Positions 27,459 to 37,254 of a stretch of DNA of 64,000 bases are shown here, one piece after another (within the stretch, counting starts at the first letter, position 1; every line of letters begins with the position of its first letter). Origin of the DNA: an uncultured Clostridia bacterium (GTDB taxonomy: Bacteria; Bacillota; Clostridia; Christensenellales; CAG-138); the NCBI GenBank assembly GCA_937915925.1, contig CALGGM010000088.1, positions 2,729-66,728 of the forward strand, given 5' to 3'. The notes under the pieces are model-generated. The model was given only the letters and a program-made list of their open reading frames with translations. It made no database searches and was not told the origin of the DNA. The position numbers were made by a program, and so were the translations under genes.

Positions 27459-29167
27459 AAAAGCTGTTTATGCGGTTTCGCAGATACATCGGTATCTTCA
27501 AGGGCGTTCATATCCCGTGGATCATGCTTGTGCTCGCCTTGTTCGCCGCGATAACGGAGTCGCAGTTTTTAGTGACGCAGGCAACGCTTACGGCGGATAT
27601 CATCGACGGAACGCAGCAGGCGATCAATCAGACAAAATTGATTCGCTTTGTGCTCGTTACGCTCGGAAGCGCTGCAGCCGGATTGCTTTCTACGCTGATC
27701 AGCGGCTGGACGTATCAGAAGATCAATCTCGGCGTCAGAAATAAGCTTTGGAACAAGCTGATGCTGCTTCCCACAAAGTATTATGACGGGGAAAGCGGAG
27801 ACGCGCTGGTCAGTCGTGTGACAACAGACGCGTCCCAGAGCTACGTGTATTTCCATGTAGCAATCAACCTGATCACAGTCATCTATGCGGCGGTCGTCTC
27901 CTTTGTTCAGATGTATCGATACAGTCCGGTGCTCAGTCGGTATTTCCTGATCCTGTTCCCGGTTTTCGTTCTGATGGCGTGGTTGTTCGGCAAACTGAAC
28001 TTCATTGCCGGTCAAAAGGGACAGACCACGATGTCGAAAACGCTCGGGTATCTTGTGGAGATGACGCGCAACCTGCGCCTCGTCAAGGCGGCACGGATGG
28101 AGTATTCGGAGCAGCAGCGCGGAAAGAGCCTGTTCAATAAGCAGTTCAAAGCAAGCATCTGGGCGGTGTTCGGCGGCAGCAGCACCATTCTTCTCGTACA
28201 GCTTCTGAGCTGTGCGGCGACTGCGATCACGTTTATCGCAGGACGAAGCTTGGTCAATATCGGTGATGTTACGATCGGAAAGCTGCTGGGTTTCTATACG
28301 ATTTCTAACATGCTGATCGTCCGTTTCACACAGCTGCTTATGTTCTACGGCATGCTGAAACAGGGCAACGGACAGATGGAGAAAATCTCCGAAATCCTGG
28401 ATGCGCCCGAAGAAAAACAGGACGGCATTGAATTCGACGTCAGCGATCAGGATATTCACGCAGAGCATGTCGGATTCTCCTATGGGGAACGAAATGTTCT
28501 TCAGGATGTGAACTTTACCATTCCGAAAGGAAAGATCACGGCGATCATCGGTTCCAACGGCGCGGGAAAATCGACGATGTTCAAACTGCTTGAACGGATG
28601 TACGATCCCGAGGAAGGAAGCATCCGCTTCGGCGAAACCGACGTCAAGACCTTCAATATGCGCTCCTGGCGCGAATCCTTTGCGATCGTTTCTCAGGACA
28701 AACCGCTGTTGAGCGGTACGGTCAGAGAGAACATTCTGTACGGCACAAAGCGGAACGTCAGCGAAGAGGAACTGATCCACGTTGCAAAGCAGGCAAACGT
28801 CTATGACTTTGTGATGGAAACGCCCGGCGGATTTGATGCACAGGTCGGGATGTTCGGCGGGAATTTCTCCGGCGGGCAGCGTCAGTGCATCGCCATCGCT
28901 CGTGCTATGATGCGAAATCCGGACTATCTTCTGCTCGATGAAGCGACAAGCAATCTTGACGCCAGAAGCGAGCAGGTCGTCAGTTAGGCACTGACAAACC
29001 TGATGCGCGGAAGAACGACGGTCATAATCGCGCATAACTATTCCGCAACGAAGGAAGCCGACCACATTATCGTTATGAAAGACGGTCGGGTGGAAGCGGA
29101 AGGCAGCCCGGAGGAGCTCATCAAAAGCAACGACTATTATCGCGCCTTTGTCGAAAAGGCAGGTTGA
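27455..29167 (+). pseudogene. ABC exporter fused permease/ATPase, subunit 2, interrupted by in-frame TAG at 28985-28987
   Basis: Start MKKLFMRF overlaps the upstream stop. Walker A GSNGAGKST, FSGGQRQ and LLLDEATSNLD are present. After the TAG the same frame continues ALTNLMRGRTTVIIAHNYSAT...DGRVEAEG (D-loop/H-loop region) to TGA 29165-29167. Confidence 0.8.
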
Positions 29168-29190
29168 ACGAGATCGGAGGAAATACAGAT

Positions 29191-30103
29191 ATGAAATCGC
29201 GTGTCACGAAGCCCTATGATTATCATTTGGCTGAAATTCCGCAGGAGCTTTGTCTTTGGCGGATACCCGAAGAGGAACTGGAGCAGCAGATTGAAACATT
29301 GAGCCGCAACCATGCATTTGAAGAAGATGCGGATACCGTTATGATGGGTGACAGTGTTGCATGCCGAAGCGAGAGCAAGGCAGCACGTTGGAATCGTCCG
29401 GTCATGCTGTTCTATCCCGGCAGAAACATCTGCGACGCCGATCTTGAAAATGCGTGTGTCGGCGCAAAGCTCGGTGAGCAGCGCACGGTTGCGATCGAAA
29501 GCGACGAGGTTCAGCTGACGGTTACGCGGATCGTTCGCCGCAGCAATATGCCCATAGGTGACGAGCTGATCGCCGCCGAAAATATTCCCGGCGTAACCAC
29601 TTTGGAAGCATATAAGCGATGGTACCGCGAGACGAACGAGCCGGATCGCAGGAGAAACGCCGCATACCGAACCGCATACTATCTGACGGAACAGGTTGCG
29701 GAAAAAATCGGAATTTGAGATCGATACGGAAGAAAAGAACACATGGGTATGGGAATGGGTCAACCGTATGTACGACGCCCTGGTTGAGGCCGGCATGGAT
29801 CCGACGATTCCGAAGGAAGGATTTGATTTTCTGACTGAGGAAGAAGCAAAGGCAGATATGTTTGCGCAGCAGGAGCCTTCCTTCCGGTTCTATCTGGCGA
29901 ATTTGTATCTTGCGGAAACGCTTACCGGCCGCAACGGAGAAGATATCTGCAAGGAACGGCTGAAAAAAGTCGCGGAAGAAAACAACACAACGGAGGAAGC
30001 GATCATGAACACGAGCGGTTTCGCCATGGTATACGGTCGTATGGTGAGCGACGCCGCGCTCGATGAGCTTTCCAAGTACACGGTTCGGTTTTTGGAGGTA
30101 TAA
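29191..30103 (+). pseudogene. Trigger-factor-like/hypothetical protein split by a frameshift in an A6 run (29702-29707)
   Basis: Track ORFs 29164-29718 and 29696-30103 join seamlessly (..LTEQVAEK|SEFEIDTEEK..) if one A is removed. Confidence 0.6.
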
Positions 30104-30104
30104 A

Positions 30105-30416
30105 ATGGTATTTGAAGCAACGAGTCAGAATATTGACGAGCTTTTGAAGGCGGATTACGCCGTGGTCGATTTTTACGGCGATCACTGCGGCGCTTGTCTG
30201 ACGCTTGCACCGGTGTATAACGAAGCGTCCAACGATCTTGCTATGATCCGATTTATTAAGGCGAACGTGGATAAGGATAAGGCGCTCGGCGAGCGCTTCC
30301 ATATCAAAGCGCTTCCGACGCTGCTCTGCTATCGAAACGGCGAACTGGTACATGAGGACGGCGGCGCAAAGGATCGTCCCATGCTTAACGAAATGCTTGC
30401 AAAGCTGCTTTATTGA
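30105..30416 (+). CDS. Thioredoxin-family protein (active site HCGAC)
   Basis: MVFEATSQNIDELL..VVDFYGDHCGACLTLAPVY..ALPTLL shows the thioredoxin fold pattern. SD GGAGGT. Confidence 0.88.
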   Translation: MVFEATSQNIDELLKADYAVVDFYGDHCGACLTLAPVYNEASNDLAMIRFIKANVDKDKALGERFHIKALPTLLCYRNGELVHEDGGAKDRPMLNEMLAKLLY

Positions 30417-30426
30417 GGAGGGTGCT

Positions 30427-30627
30427 ATGGGAAGAATCCGTGTGAATGAAGACGTCGAAATTGTTCGCGCCATTCGGGAAGGGCTCAAGAAGACGGGCGG
30501 GTACTGTCCGTGCCGCAACGAAAAGCTGCCGGAGTATAAATGCGTTTGTCAGGAGTTCCGCGAACAATGTGCAGATCCCGATTTTGAGGGATACTGCCAT
30601 TGTAGGCTGTACTACAAAGAAAAATAA
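30427..30627 (+). CDS. Ferredoxin-thioredoxin reductase catalytic-subunit-like mini protein (66 aa)
   Basis: Cys pattern CPCR..CVC..C..CHC as in the FTR catalytic chain. SD GAGGAGGG lies 6 nt upstream. The track start at 30352 is rejected. Confidence 0.7.
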   Translation: MGRIRVNEDVEIVRAIREGLKKTGGYCPCRNEKLPEYKCVCQEFREQCADPDFEGYCHCRLYYKEK

Positions 30628-30633
30628 AAAATG

Positions 30634-30668
30634 TTCTGCGCGTCGTCACGGCGCGCAGAATTTTGTTT
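30634..30668. terminator. Bidirectional terminator TTCTGCGCG/CGCGCAGAA flanked by an A-run and TTTTGTTT
   Basis: 9-bp stem between convergent genes (FTR-like on plus, LytTR regulator on minus). Confidence 0.75.
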
Positions 30669-31404
30669 ATATGAACTGAATTCCTTTGCTGATCAGAAAG
30701 CTGCGCAGCTGCTGGTATTTGTTTCGACTGACCGGCAGCGTTTTTCCGTCGTCTAAGATTGCCTCGTACGTCTTTCCGAAGGAGGACGTCCTGACAAGCA
30801 CGATATTGGAAAGCGGTGCGATATACGATTGATGGATTCGGAAGAACCCGAAGTCGGCGAATACGGATTCGAGTTCATCCAACGAGTGGCGCAGCGTGTA
30901 GATCTGCCCGTTGCGGCAATGCAGCTTGATGCTTCTTAACTCCTTGCCGATAAACAGGATTTCTTCCGGAGAGAGAAGTACGAATCCTTCGCTGGTATCG
31001 ATCGCAATACGTTCTTTTGCGTAGTCCCGAACCTGCTGACCGCTTGCTTCGTAGCGTTCTATGGTTTTGCGTAATCGCATCAGATCGATCGGCTTTGTCA
31101 GAAAGTCCAACGGCTCATAGTCGTAGCTGCGAACGGCAAAATCCACATATCCTGTCAGGAATACATACTTCGTTTGCGGTTTGTTCTTCTGAATGTAATC
31201 CGCAATGGAGAACCCGCTTGTGTCCGGCATATCGATGTCCAGAAAAACCAGCTCGATCGGCTCCTGTTCAAGGATGTGCAGGGTTTCGGCAGCAGTGGTG
31301 GCACGCCGAATGCAACCGGGATCTACAAGCTGCTCCATAGCCCGAAGCGACAATAGCAAAGAGTGTTCGTCGTCATCCACAATCAGGATATTGATACGGT
31401 TCAT
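30667..31404 (-). CDS. LytTR-family response regulator (AgrA/LytR-like)
   Basis: Receiver domain (ILIVDDD, LVFLDIDMP) and a C-terminal LytTR domain (FFRIHQSYI). Confidence 0.92.
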   Translation of the reverse strand: MNRINILIVDDDEHSLLLSLRAMEQLVDPGCIRRATTAAETLHILEQEPIELVFLDIDMPDTSGFSIADYIQKNKPQTKYVFLTGYVDFAVRSYDYEPLDFLTKPIDLMRLRKTIERYEASGQQVRDYAKERIAIDTSEGFVLLSPEEILFIGKELRSIKLHCRNGQIYTLRHSLDELESVFADFGFFRIHQSYIAPLSNIVLVRTSSFGKTYEAILDDGKTLPVSRNKYQQLRSFLISKGIQFI

Positions 31405-32679
31405 GCCTGTTCTCCTTGCATTTCAATCGGTATTTTTGCAATAAAGTGTATGACGTCCCCCTCCATTCGGGAATACAGAACGCCTCGGTGCGGTCGCAGC
31501 AGATTTTGTATGCTGTTGAGCCCGATCCCCTCGTGCCCTTCCTTTGTCGAATGACCGGGATGATAAATCTCATCCATGAAGGTATTGGGATCATTCTTGG
31601 GTATGACCTTGTTTGCAACGTGGACGACGCAGTTTTCACCTCGCTTCAAAATAAACAAATGAATGCCGAAGGACTTGTCCTTATGCGTACGAACCTCGTC
31701 GATTGCATTTTGAAGGAGGTTTCCGATCACCTTGTTGGTTTCATAGACATTGGTGACGACGCTGCTCATATCGTACTGGATATCGGGATGCAGTTCGATC
31801 CCGTATTCCATCGCCATCGTGCGAAAGCTGAAGATCAGCGCACCGATCGCAGGATCCTTCACGGGAAGGTATGTATTCATGGCAGCGGAATCGCGCACAA
31901 GATTATCCACATATTTCTGACATTCTTCCATATTGCCTTCGTGGATCAAACCGGCCAGCGCCTGCACATGAAAATTATAATCGTGACGCTGCGAACGGAT
32001 TACGCTCATGTAAGACTGCATTTCATTGCGGTAATTCTGATCGATCAGGGTGGAGAGACGTTCCTAACGCAAATCCGTGATGAGGCAAATGGCACAGACA
32101 GCACCCCAAAACAAAACGGCGTACCCCAGGACAAGCGCAAACGCCGCGCTCCATTTTGAAGGTATGCCGATCAGGTATCTCAATGACAGCTCCAAGATCG
32201 CGGTCATCGCAAGGATGATCCAGAGGTATATGCTCCGAACAGAACGCTTCTCGGTTCCGTTTCCATCGTCGTTCCAGATTTCCTCCGGAAAGCGCTTTCG
32301 CAGCAGCCATGCGAGCAGGACGGAAACGATGACAAAAAGCACAAAGCAGATGAGCGCAGGAATGGGGGGAAAAACACGACTGAAATGCCATGCCGCTGAA
32401 ATCCAGAAGAGACCACGCGCCGAGCGAGAGACACAGATTCAACAGCCTTCGCTTGATGTCCGGACGGTTTTGAAGCGGCAGAAGAAAGGGCAAAAGGATC
32501 AACGCCGGGGCGGTCATCGAAAACGAGATCCCGGTGAGCGGCAAAAGCAATGCGAGCAAGGTGCAGAACGCGCCCGCGATCACACTGTTCATTGCGATCT
32601 GCGACACATTCATGCGTTCAAGAACGGAAATGAGCGCCCATGCGGTCGCTGTGCTCAAGAACACATACACGTACAGCAT
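31401..32679 (-). pseudogene. AgrC-like GHKL sensor histidine kinase, disrupted by one frameshift and one in-frame TAG
   Basis: The N-terminal TM frame (from MLYVYVFL, SD AGGAGG) shifts at the C6/T5 run (plus-strand G6A5, 32364-32374). The next frame ends at TAG (plus cta, 32064-32066) and continues in the same frame through ERLSTLIDQNYRNEMQSYMSVIRSQRHDYNFH... to the GHKL ATPase. ATGA overlap with the regulator gene. Confidence 0.75.
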
Positions 32680-33097
32680 ATCGCCCAATCCTCCTTATCT
32701 TGATTTGTTAATATTATATCATATTTTGCAATGATCATCAATCTTTTTATATACAAAGTGCGCGGCCTTTGATTCAGCAAATATCCTCCGGCGAACGGTG
32801 CAGAAGGAAGCGGTTCTTTTTCACGGTGATCAGATCGTTACGCTGCATTTTGCCGAGTTTCTTTGACAACGCGTTGCCGCTCCACATTCAGGCAGCAGGC
32901 ATGTTTCATCCGCGGCAGGTCATGACGATCTCCGCAGACGGAAGAAATATGGATTAAACAATATTGAGAAGTATTCTGCGAGAATGTTCGGACAGCGTTA
33001 TGAACACCCGGCGAACCCCGGGGGTCTGCCCCTCCAAAATCCCGGGAGGAATTTGGGAGCAGAACGGCAGAACCGGATGAATGATACGGATCACATA

Positions 33098-33202
33098 GAT
33101 TGAACAAATTGAAAAACGCCGAAGACCGGGATGCTTCGGCGCTTTTTGCATAAGTGTCAGAATTTCGGCCATCGCAGTTTTGCCCTTCATCCCCGAATCA
33201 GG
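33098..33202 (+). repeat. Repeat family R, copy 1 (~105 bp)
   Basis: Shares GATTGAAC(C)AAA-GAAAAACGCCGAARACC..., an internal terminator-like hairpin and TTTCGGC..GCAGTTTTGCCCTTCATNCCCGA with the copies at 47173 and 48109. Confidence 0.7.
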
Positions 33203-33212
33203 TGATTTGCCG

Positions 33213-34589
33213 TTACTGTATTTCAAGCCTGCGCCAGGCGCGGCGGACACGGAAGACGTAGATGAAAAACAGGGCAAGACCTGCAAGGCACCAGCCTGCA
33301 GGATAGGATAGACCGACGAGCCACGGTATGTTGAAGAATCGGGTGATGAACAGCAGATAGAGCTGACGGAAGCCGACGATGCCCGCGAGCATAATCACCG
33401 TGACAAGCAGCATCCGTCCGGTGCCGCGCAGCACGCCCGCGTAGACGCACATAAACATCTGCGTCAGCTTGAACATACTGATCGAAAGAACGAACAGCTC
33501 GGCAAAATAGACGGCTTCGGAGTCGGGACTGAACAGCGAGACCAGCGGTTTTCGAAGCAGCATCAGCATTGCGGCAAGCGAACCGATCAGAATTGCGCCG
33601 GTGAGCAGCGTCTTGCGGACGCCGCTTTCGATGCGGCGATACTGCTTTGCGCCGAGGTTCTGGCTGACAAAGGTCGACAGCGCCGAGCCGAGACTTTGCG
33701 CAAAGACGCCGAGCACGTTGTCTAACTTGCCGTAGATCGTCCATCCGGCAAGACACGCCTCGCCGAACGAGATGATGCGGGAGAGCACAAGCACGTTTGA
33801 GATAGAGGTGATCGTCTTCTGAAAGCCGGTCGGAATGCCCATGCGAAGCAAAAGCCATGCCGTTTTGGAATGAAAAGGATATTGCTTCGGATTGACGGAA
33901 AAGCCGTAATCGCGGCGCAGCAGCACCCAAAGGCTCAAAGCGGTCGCAACCCATTGCGAAACGATCGTCGCGAGCGCGACGCCCGCGATGCCCATGTGAA
34001 AGACGAGCACCAGCAAAAGATCGAGCCCGATGTTCAGCGCAGACGATAGGAACAGACAGCAGAGCGGCGTCTGCACGTCGCCGACCGCGTGCAGGATACC
34101 GGCGGCGGTATTGTATAAAACGAAGCCGAGTATGCCCGCAAAGTAGATCGTGAGATAGACGACGGCGTTTTCGAACGTCTCTTCGGGCGTATCCATTAGG
34201 CGAAGGACCGGACGCAGCAGCAGCAGTCCGCCGACGGTCATAAGGATGCCGATCATCAGCGCAAGATACAGCGCGTTGTTGACGGATCGATTCAGCTTTT
34301 CGGTATCCTTCGCGCCGAAGTGCCGTGCGATGACGACCGTGAACCCGACGGAAACGCCGTTGAAAAAGCCGACGAGCACGCGAACGATCGATTCGGACGC
34401 GCCGACGGCGGCAAGCGCGCTGCGCCCCGCGAAGTTGCCGATGATCGCGGAATCCGCCAGCGTATAGAAATGCTGAAACAGCTCACCGAGCAGAATCGGC
34501 ACGGTAAACGCGACCAATCGGCTGCCGATCGGTCCCTGTGTCATGTCGATGTTCTTTTTCCGGAACCATGTGGTGAGTTTCTTCAGCAT
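33213..34589 (-). CDS. MATE-family efflux transporter
   Basis: 458 aa from MLKKLTTWFRKKNIDMTQGPIGSRL.., 12 hydrophobic segments and a typical MATE N-terminus. The track start at 34679 is rejected. Confidence 0.9.
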   Translation of the reverse strand: MLKKLTTWFRKKNIDMTQGPIGSRLVAFTVPILLGELFQHFYTLADSAIIGNFAGRSALAAVGASESIVRVLVGFFNGVSVGFTVVIARHFGAKDTEKLNRSVNNALYLALMIGILMTVGGLLLLRPVLRLMDTPEETFENAVVYLTIYFAGILGFVLYNTAAGILHAVGDVQTPLCCLFLSSALNIGLDLLLVLVFHMGIAGVALATIVSQWVATALSLWVLLRRDYGFSVNPKQYPFHSKTAWLLLRMGIPTGFQKTITSISNVLVLSRIISFGEACLAGWTIYGKLDNVLGVFAQSLGSALSTFVSQNLGAKQYRRIESGVRKTLLTGAILIGSLAAMLMLLRKPLVSLFSPDSEAVYFAELFVLSISMFKLTQMFMCVYAGVLRGTGRMLLVTVIMLAGIVGFRQLYLLFITRFFNIPWLVGLSYPAGWCLAGLALFFIYVFRVRRAWRRLEIQ

Positions 34590-34685
34590 TTCTGAAAGTT
34601 CCCTATGAAATAAGAATCTCCGCCGGCGGAGATGATCGAAAACCATCAATCCGGCGGGCGGAGGAATCGTCGGAATCAACGCGCC

Positions 34686-35381
34686 TCAGCTGTCTTCGCT
34701 CGGCGCATAGAGCGTTCGGAACGGCGTCGGGAAATACGCCTTGTTCATCAATTCGAGGATCGCCTTCTGCGCGTTGGCGGTATGCGCGATCATCAGATCG
34801 GACGCTTCCTGCGGCTTGTGCTCGGCGATCAGATCGGCGATGCGCCGATGCTCCTTGATGACGCGGTCGTTCGAGCGGTTCGCCTGGTAGTAGAGGCGGC
34901 GGTAGCGCTCCGCCTGCTCCCATACGATGTCAAACACGCGGAGCAGGATATCGCTTTCCGTGCTGATCGCAATCATGCGGTGGAACGCGCGGTTCTGGTC
35001 GAGAATCGAGACCATGGTCACGTCGGAGGTATCCTCGTGATATTGCAGAATATTGTAGAGCTTTCGGATCGATTCCTCGGAGGCGTGCAGCGCTGCCTGG
35101 ATGACGATCATCGACTCAATATGCGCGCGCAGCTCAAAGACCTGATTCAGCTCCGTGTCGCTGAGCTTTGATACGAGCACGCCGCGGTGCGGAATCTTCA
35201 CGACGAGACCTTCGGACGAAAGCCGGTCGAGGGCGCTGCGGATCGGCATGCGGCTGTAATTCAGCTTGCTTGCCAGATCGTCCTGATCGATCTTTTCACC
35301 GGGCACCAGAAAGCCCGAGACGATCCAGTCCTTGATATTCTCATACGCGATCTGCGCGGAGGAATTCTTTTTGTCGTTCAT
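34686..35381 (-). CDS. GntR-family transcriptional regulator (FadR/FCD subfamily)
   Basis: N-terminal wHTH (..LASKLNYSRMPIRSALDRLSSEGLV..) and an all-helical FCD-like C-terminal domain. Confidence 0.92.
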   Translation of the reverse strand: MNDKKNSSAQIAYENIKDWIVSGFLVPGEKIDQDDLASKLNYSRMPIRSALDRLSSEGLVVKIPHRGVLVSKLSDTELNQVFELRAHIESMIVIQAALHASEESIRKLYNILQYHEDTSDVTMVSILDQNRAFHRMIAISTESDILLRVFDIVWEQAERYRRLYYQANRSNDRVIKEHRRIADLIAEHKPQEASDLMIAHTANAQKAILELMNKAYFPTPFRTLYAPSEDS

Positions 35382-35393
35382 AGATCTTCTCTG

Positions 35394-36050
35394 TTATTTC
35401 AGCATCGTATTGTAGCTGTACTTTGCGTCGACTTCCATGTTGTTCATGCCGGCTTTGAGGTCGGCGCACATGGCTTCTTCCTTTTCATATAATTGATACG
35501 CTTTCTCGAGAACATCGGCAAAATGCGCCTTCGGGATGAACGCGACGCCGCTGCGATCCGCGATTACGACGTCGCCGGGGTTGACCTGCACGGAGCCGAA
35601 CTGCACCGTGACGTTGGTCGCGTCCTCGATCGCACGGCCGCGCGCACTCTGCACCACGGGCCCGCGGGAGTAGACGGAAAAGCCGAGATCGACAAAGTCG
35701 TCGATGTCGCGGCAGAAGCCGTCGATCACGACACCGGAGACGCCCTTCATCGAAGCGCCGGTTGCAAGCACCCCGCCCCAGCAGCTGATATCGGGACGGC
35801 CTGCGTTGTCAACCACGATCACGTCGCCTTCCTTTGCCGCAGCGATCGCCGCCTGACCGAGATGATACTTCGGCGGAACCTCGCCCGCCGCGATCATACG
35901 CATGGTGACCGCCTCGCCGCAGATCTTGCGGCAGCCCTGCCAGGTGGGGAGCACGCCGTGGACGGCGCCTTTCAGATGAAAATGATCCAGCGCGTCGGAA
36001 ACATTGGTGGATGATAGCTTTTGAAGCCTTTCCCGTTCTTGTGGTGTCAT
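35394..36050 (-). CDS. RraA-family protein (HMG/CHA-aldolase / oxaloacetate decarboxylase-like)
   Basis: Start MTPQERERL with SD GGGAGGA. Has GDVIVVDNAG..WGG..A...GVSGVVIDG.CRD and G..V.PGDVVIAD.SGV motifs. Confidence 0.88.
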   Translation of the reverse strand: MTPQERERLQKLSSTNVSDALDHFHLKGAVHGVLPTWQGCRKICGEAVTMRMIAAGEVPPKYHLGQAAIAAAKEGDVIVVDNAGRPDISCWGGVLATGASMKGVSGVVIDGFCRDIDDFVDLGFSVYSRGPVVQSARGRAIEDATNVTVQFGSVQVNPGDVVIADRSGVAFIPKAHFADVLEKAYQLYEKEEAMCADLKAGMNNMEVDAKYSYNTMLK

Positions 36051-36141
36051 AGTAATCCTCCCGTCATATATCATTTATGTGCGCGGGACGTCCCGCCTCT
36101 TTAACTGCATCGTAACATAGATTCTTTCCGAAGTCAATAGA

Positions 36142-36368
36142 TTTTGATCAAAAATCAGTGAAACGCAAATGCCGGATTACTGAACCTATAACCCCAGTTG
36201 ACGAATGACAAAAATATGATCAAAAAAGTTTCGAAATAGGTATTGACAATTCATAAATATGCGGTTATATTAGAAATATAGCAAGGATATGCAGAGAATA
36301 ATTCATAAATATGATTATTTTTGATCAAAAATCGGTGCGCATTTGATAGATAATGATCAATTTGATCA
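36142..36368. promoter_or_regulatory. Cluster of five TGATCA-centred palindromes (TTTTGATCAAAA type) and two ATTCATAAATATG boxes in the divergent intergenic region
   Basis: TGATCA cores at 36145, 36217, 36322, 36354 and 36363. TTTTGATCAAAAATCRGTG is repeated at 36142 and 36319. ATTCATAAATATG lies at 36249 and 36301. Confidence 0.6.
36243..36271 (+). promoter_or_regulatory. Sigma-A-type promoter TTGACA-17-TATATT for the deacetylase/ABC operon
   Basis: Consensus -35 at 36243-36248 and -10 at 36266-36271. The spacer contains one ATTCATAAATATG box. Confidence 0.55.
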
Positions 36369-36446
36369 AAATCTGGTAAAGATCAATCAAAGGATTGCGG
36401 ACGAAAAACAACAATGGATCAAAATGGATCAAAAAGGAGTATGACG

Positions 36447-37181
36447 ATGGAGGAAGCAAGAAACAGACTGTTGGTCGTATCGGCACATCCGGGCGACGTT
36501 CTCTGGCGCTGCGCGGGCGCGGTGGCAAAGCACGTCAAAGAAGGCGGCGAGGCGCGGATCATCTCCCTGTCCTACGGGATCGCCGGCGAATCGGTTGCCC
36601 TTTGGAAGCAAGAAGGTATGACGGCGGAAAAAGCAAAGCAGATCCGCGTGGAGCAGATGGAAAACGCTGCAAAGGTGCTGGGCGCTTCCTGCGAGATCTG
36701 GGATCTGCCGGAATATCCGTTCCGTCCGGCGGTCGAGGATATGTACCGGCTGGCGGCGGTGCTGCGGACGTATCAGCCGGGCATCGTGCTGACGCATCAC
36801 GACAGCGATCCGCTGAATCCCGATCATGGATTGATCCTCGATTTCGTCAAGAACGCAGTGGAGATCGCCGGCGCGGACGGCATTCGGATCGAGGGCACGG
36901 TTCCGGGCTTCGACCGTCCGGAGATCTACTGCTTCGAGCCGCACGCCTCCGAGGCGAGCGACTTCAAGCCGAACGTGTTCATCGATATTACGGACGTCTG
37001 GGAGGTCAAGGACGCCGCCATGGCGTGCATGCCGGACAAGGCAAGCATCCGAAAGGCGTACACGGAGCGGGCAATTCTGCGCGCCACCAACGCAAAGTCG
37101 TTCGGCAGAAAGGGCTGCAAATACGCGGAAGCGTATCGGGCATTTTTACCGTTTGCACGCGGAGGCGGTTTTCCCCGCTGA
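36447..37181 (+). CDS. PIG-L/LmbE-family deacetylase
   Basis: LLVVSAHPGD..., HHDSDPLNPDH pattern. ATG 36447 lies 7 nt after AGGAG, and ATG 36441 is an alternative. Confidence 0.85.
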   Translation: MEEARNRLLVVSAHPGDVLWRCAGAVAKHVKEGGEARIISLSYGIAGESVALWKQEGMTAEKAKQIRVEQMENAAKVLGASCEIWDLPEYPFRPAVEDMYRLAAVLRTYQPGIVLTHHDSDPLNPDHGLILDFVKNAVEIAGADGIRIEGTVPGFDRPEIYCFEPHASEASDFKPNVFIDITDVWEVKDAAMACMPDKASIRKAYTERAILRATNAKSFGRKGCKYAEAYRAFLPFARGGGFPR

Positions 37182-37254
37182 CGCAGAACAACGAATTCAG
37201 AAACTCTGATAACCCAACCATGAACCATAATAATTAAAGGAGAGGTAAGAGCAC

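Noticed and set aside
25626-29065. Minus-strand ORFs 25626-26717 (363 aa) and 27569-29065 (498 aa)
   Set aside because: They are antisense to the two ABC exporter genes and show no domain signatures.
28985-32066. TAG reassignment (sense-codon recoding or pyrrolysine) as the explanation for two in-frame TAG codons
   Set aside because: TAG is used as the ordinary stop of several intact genes in the window: hipT 6379-6381, tnpV, the lipid kinase 8283-8285 and the HK 19197-19199. No pyl genes are seen. Nonsense mutation or sequencing error is more parsimonious.
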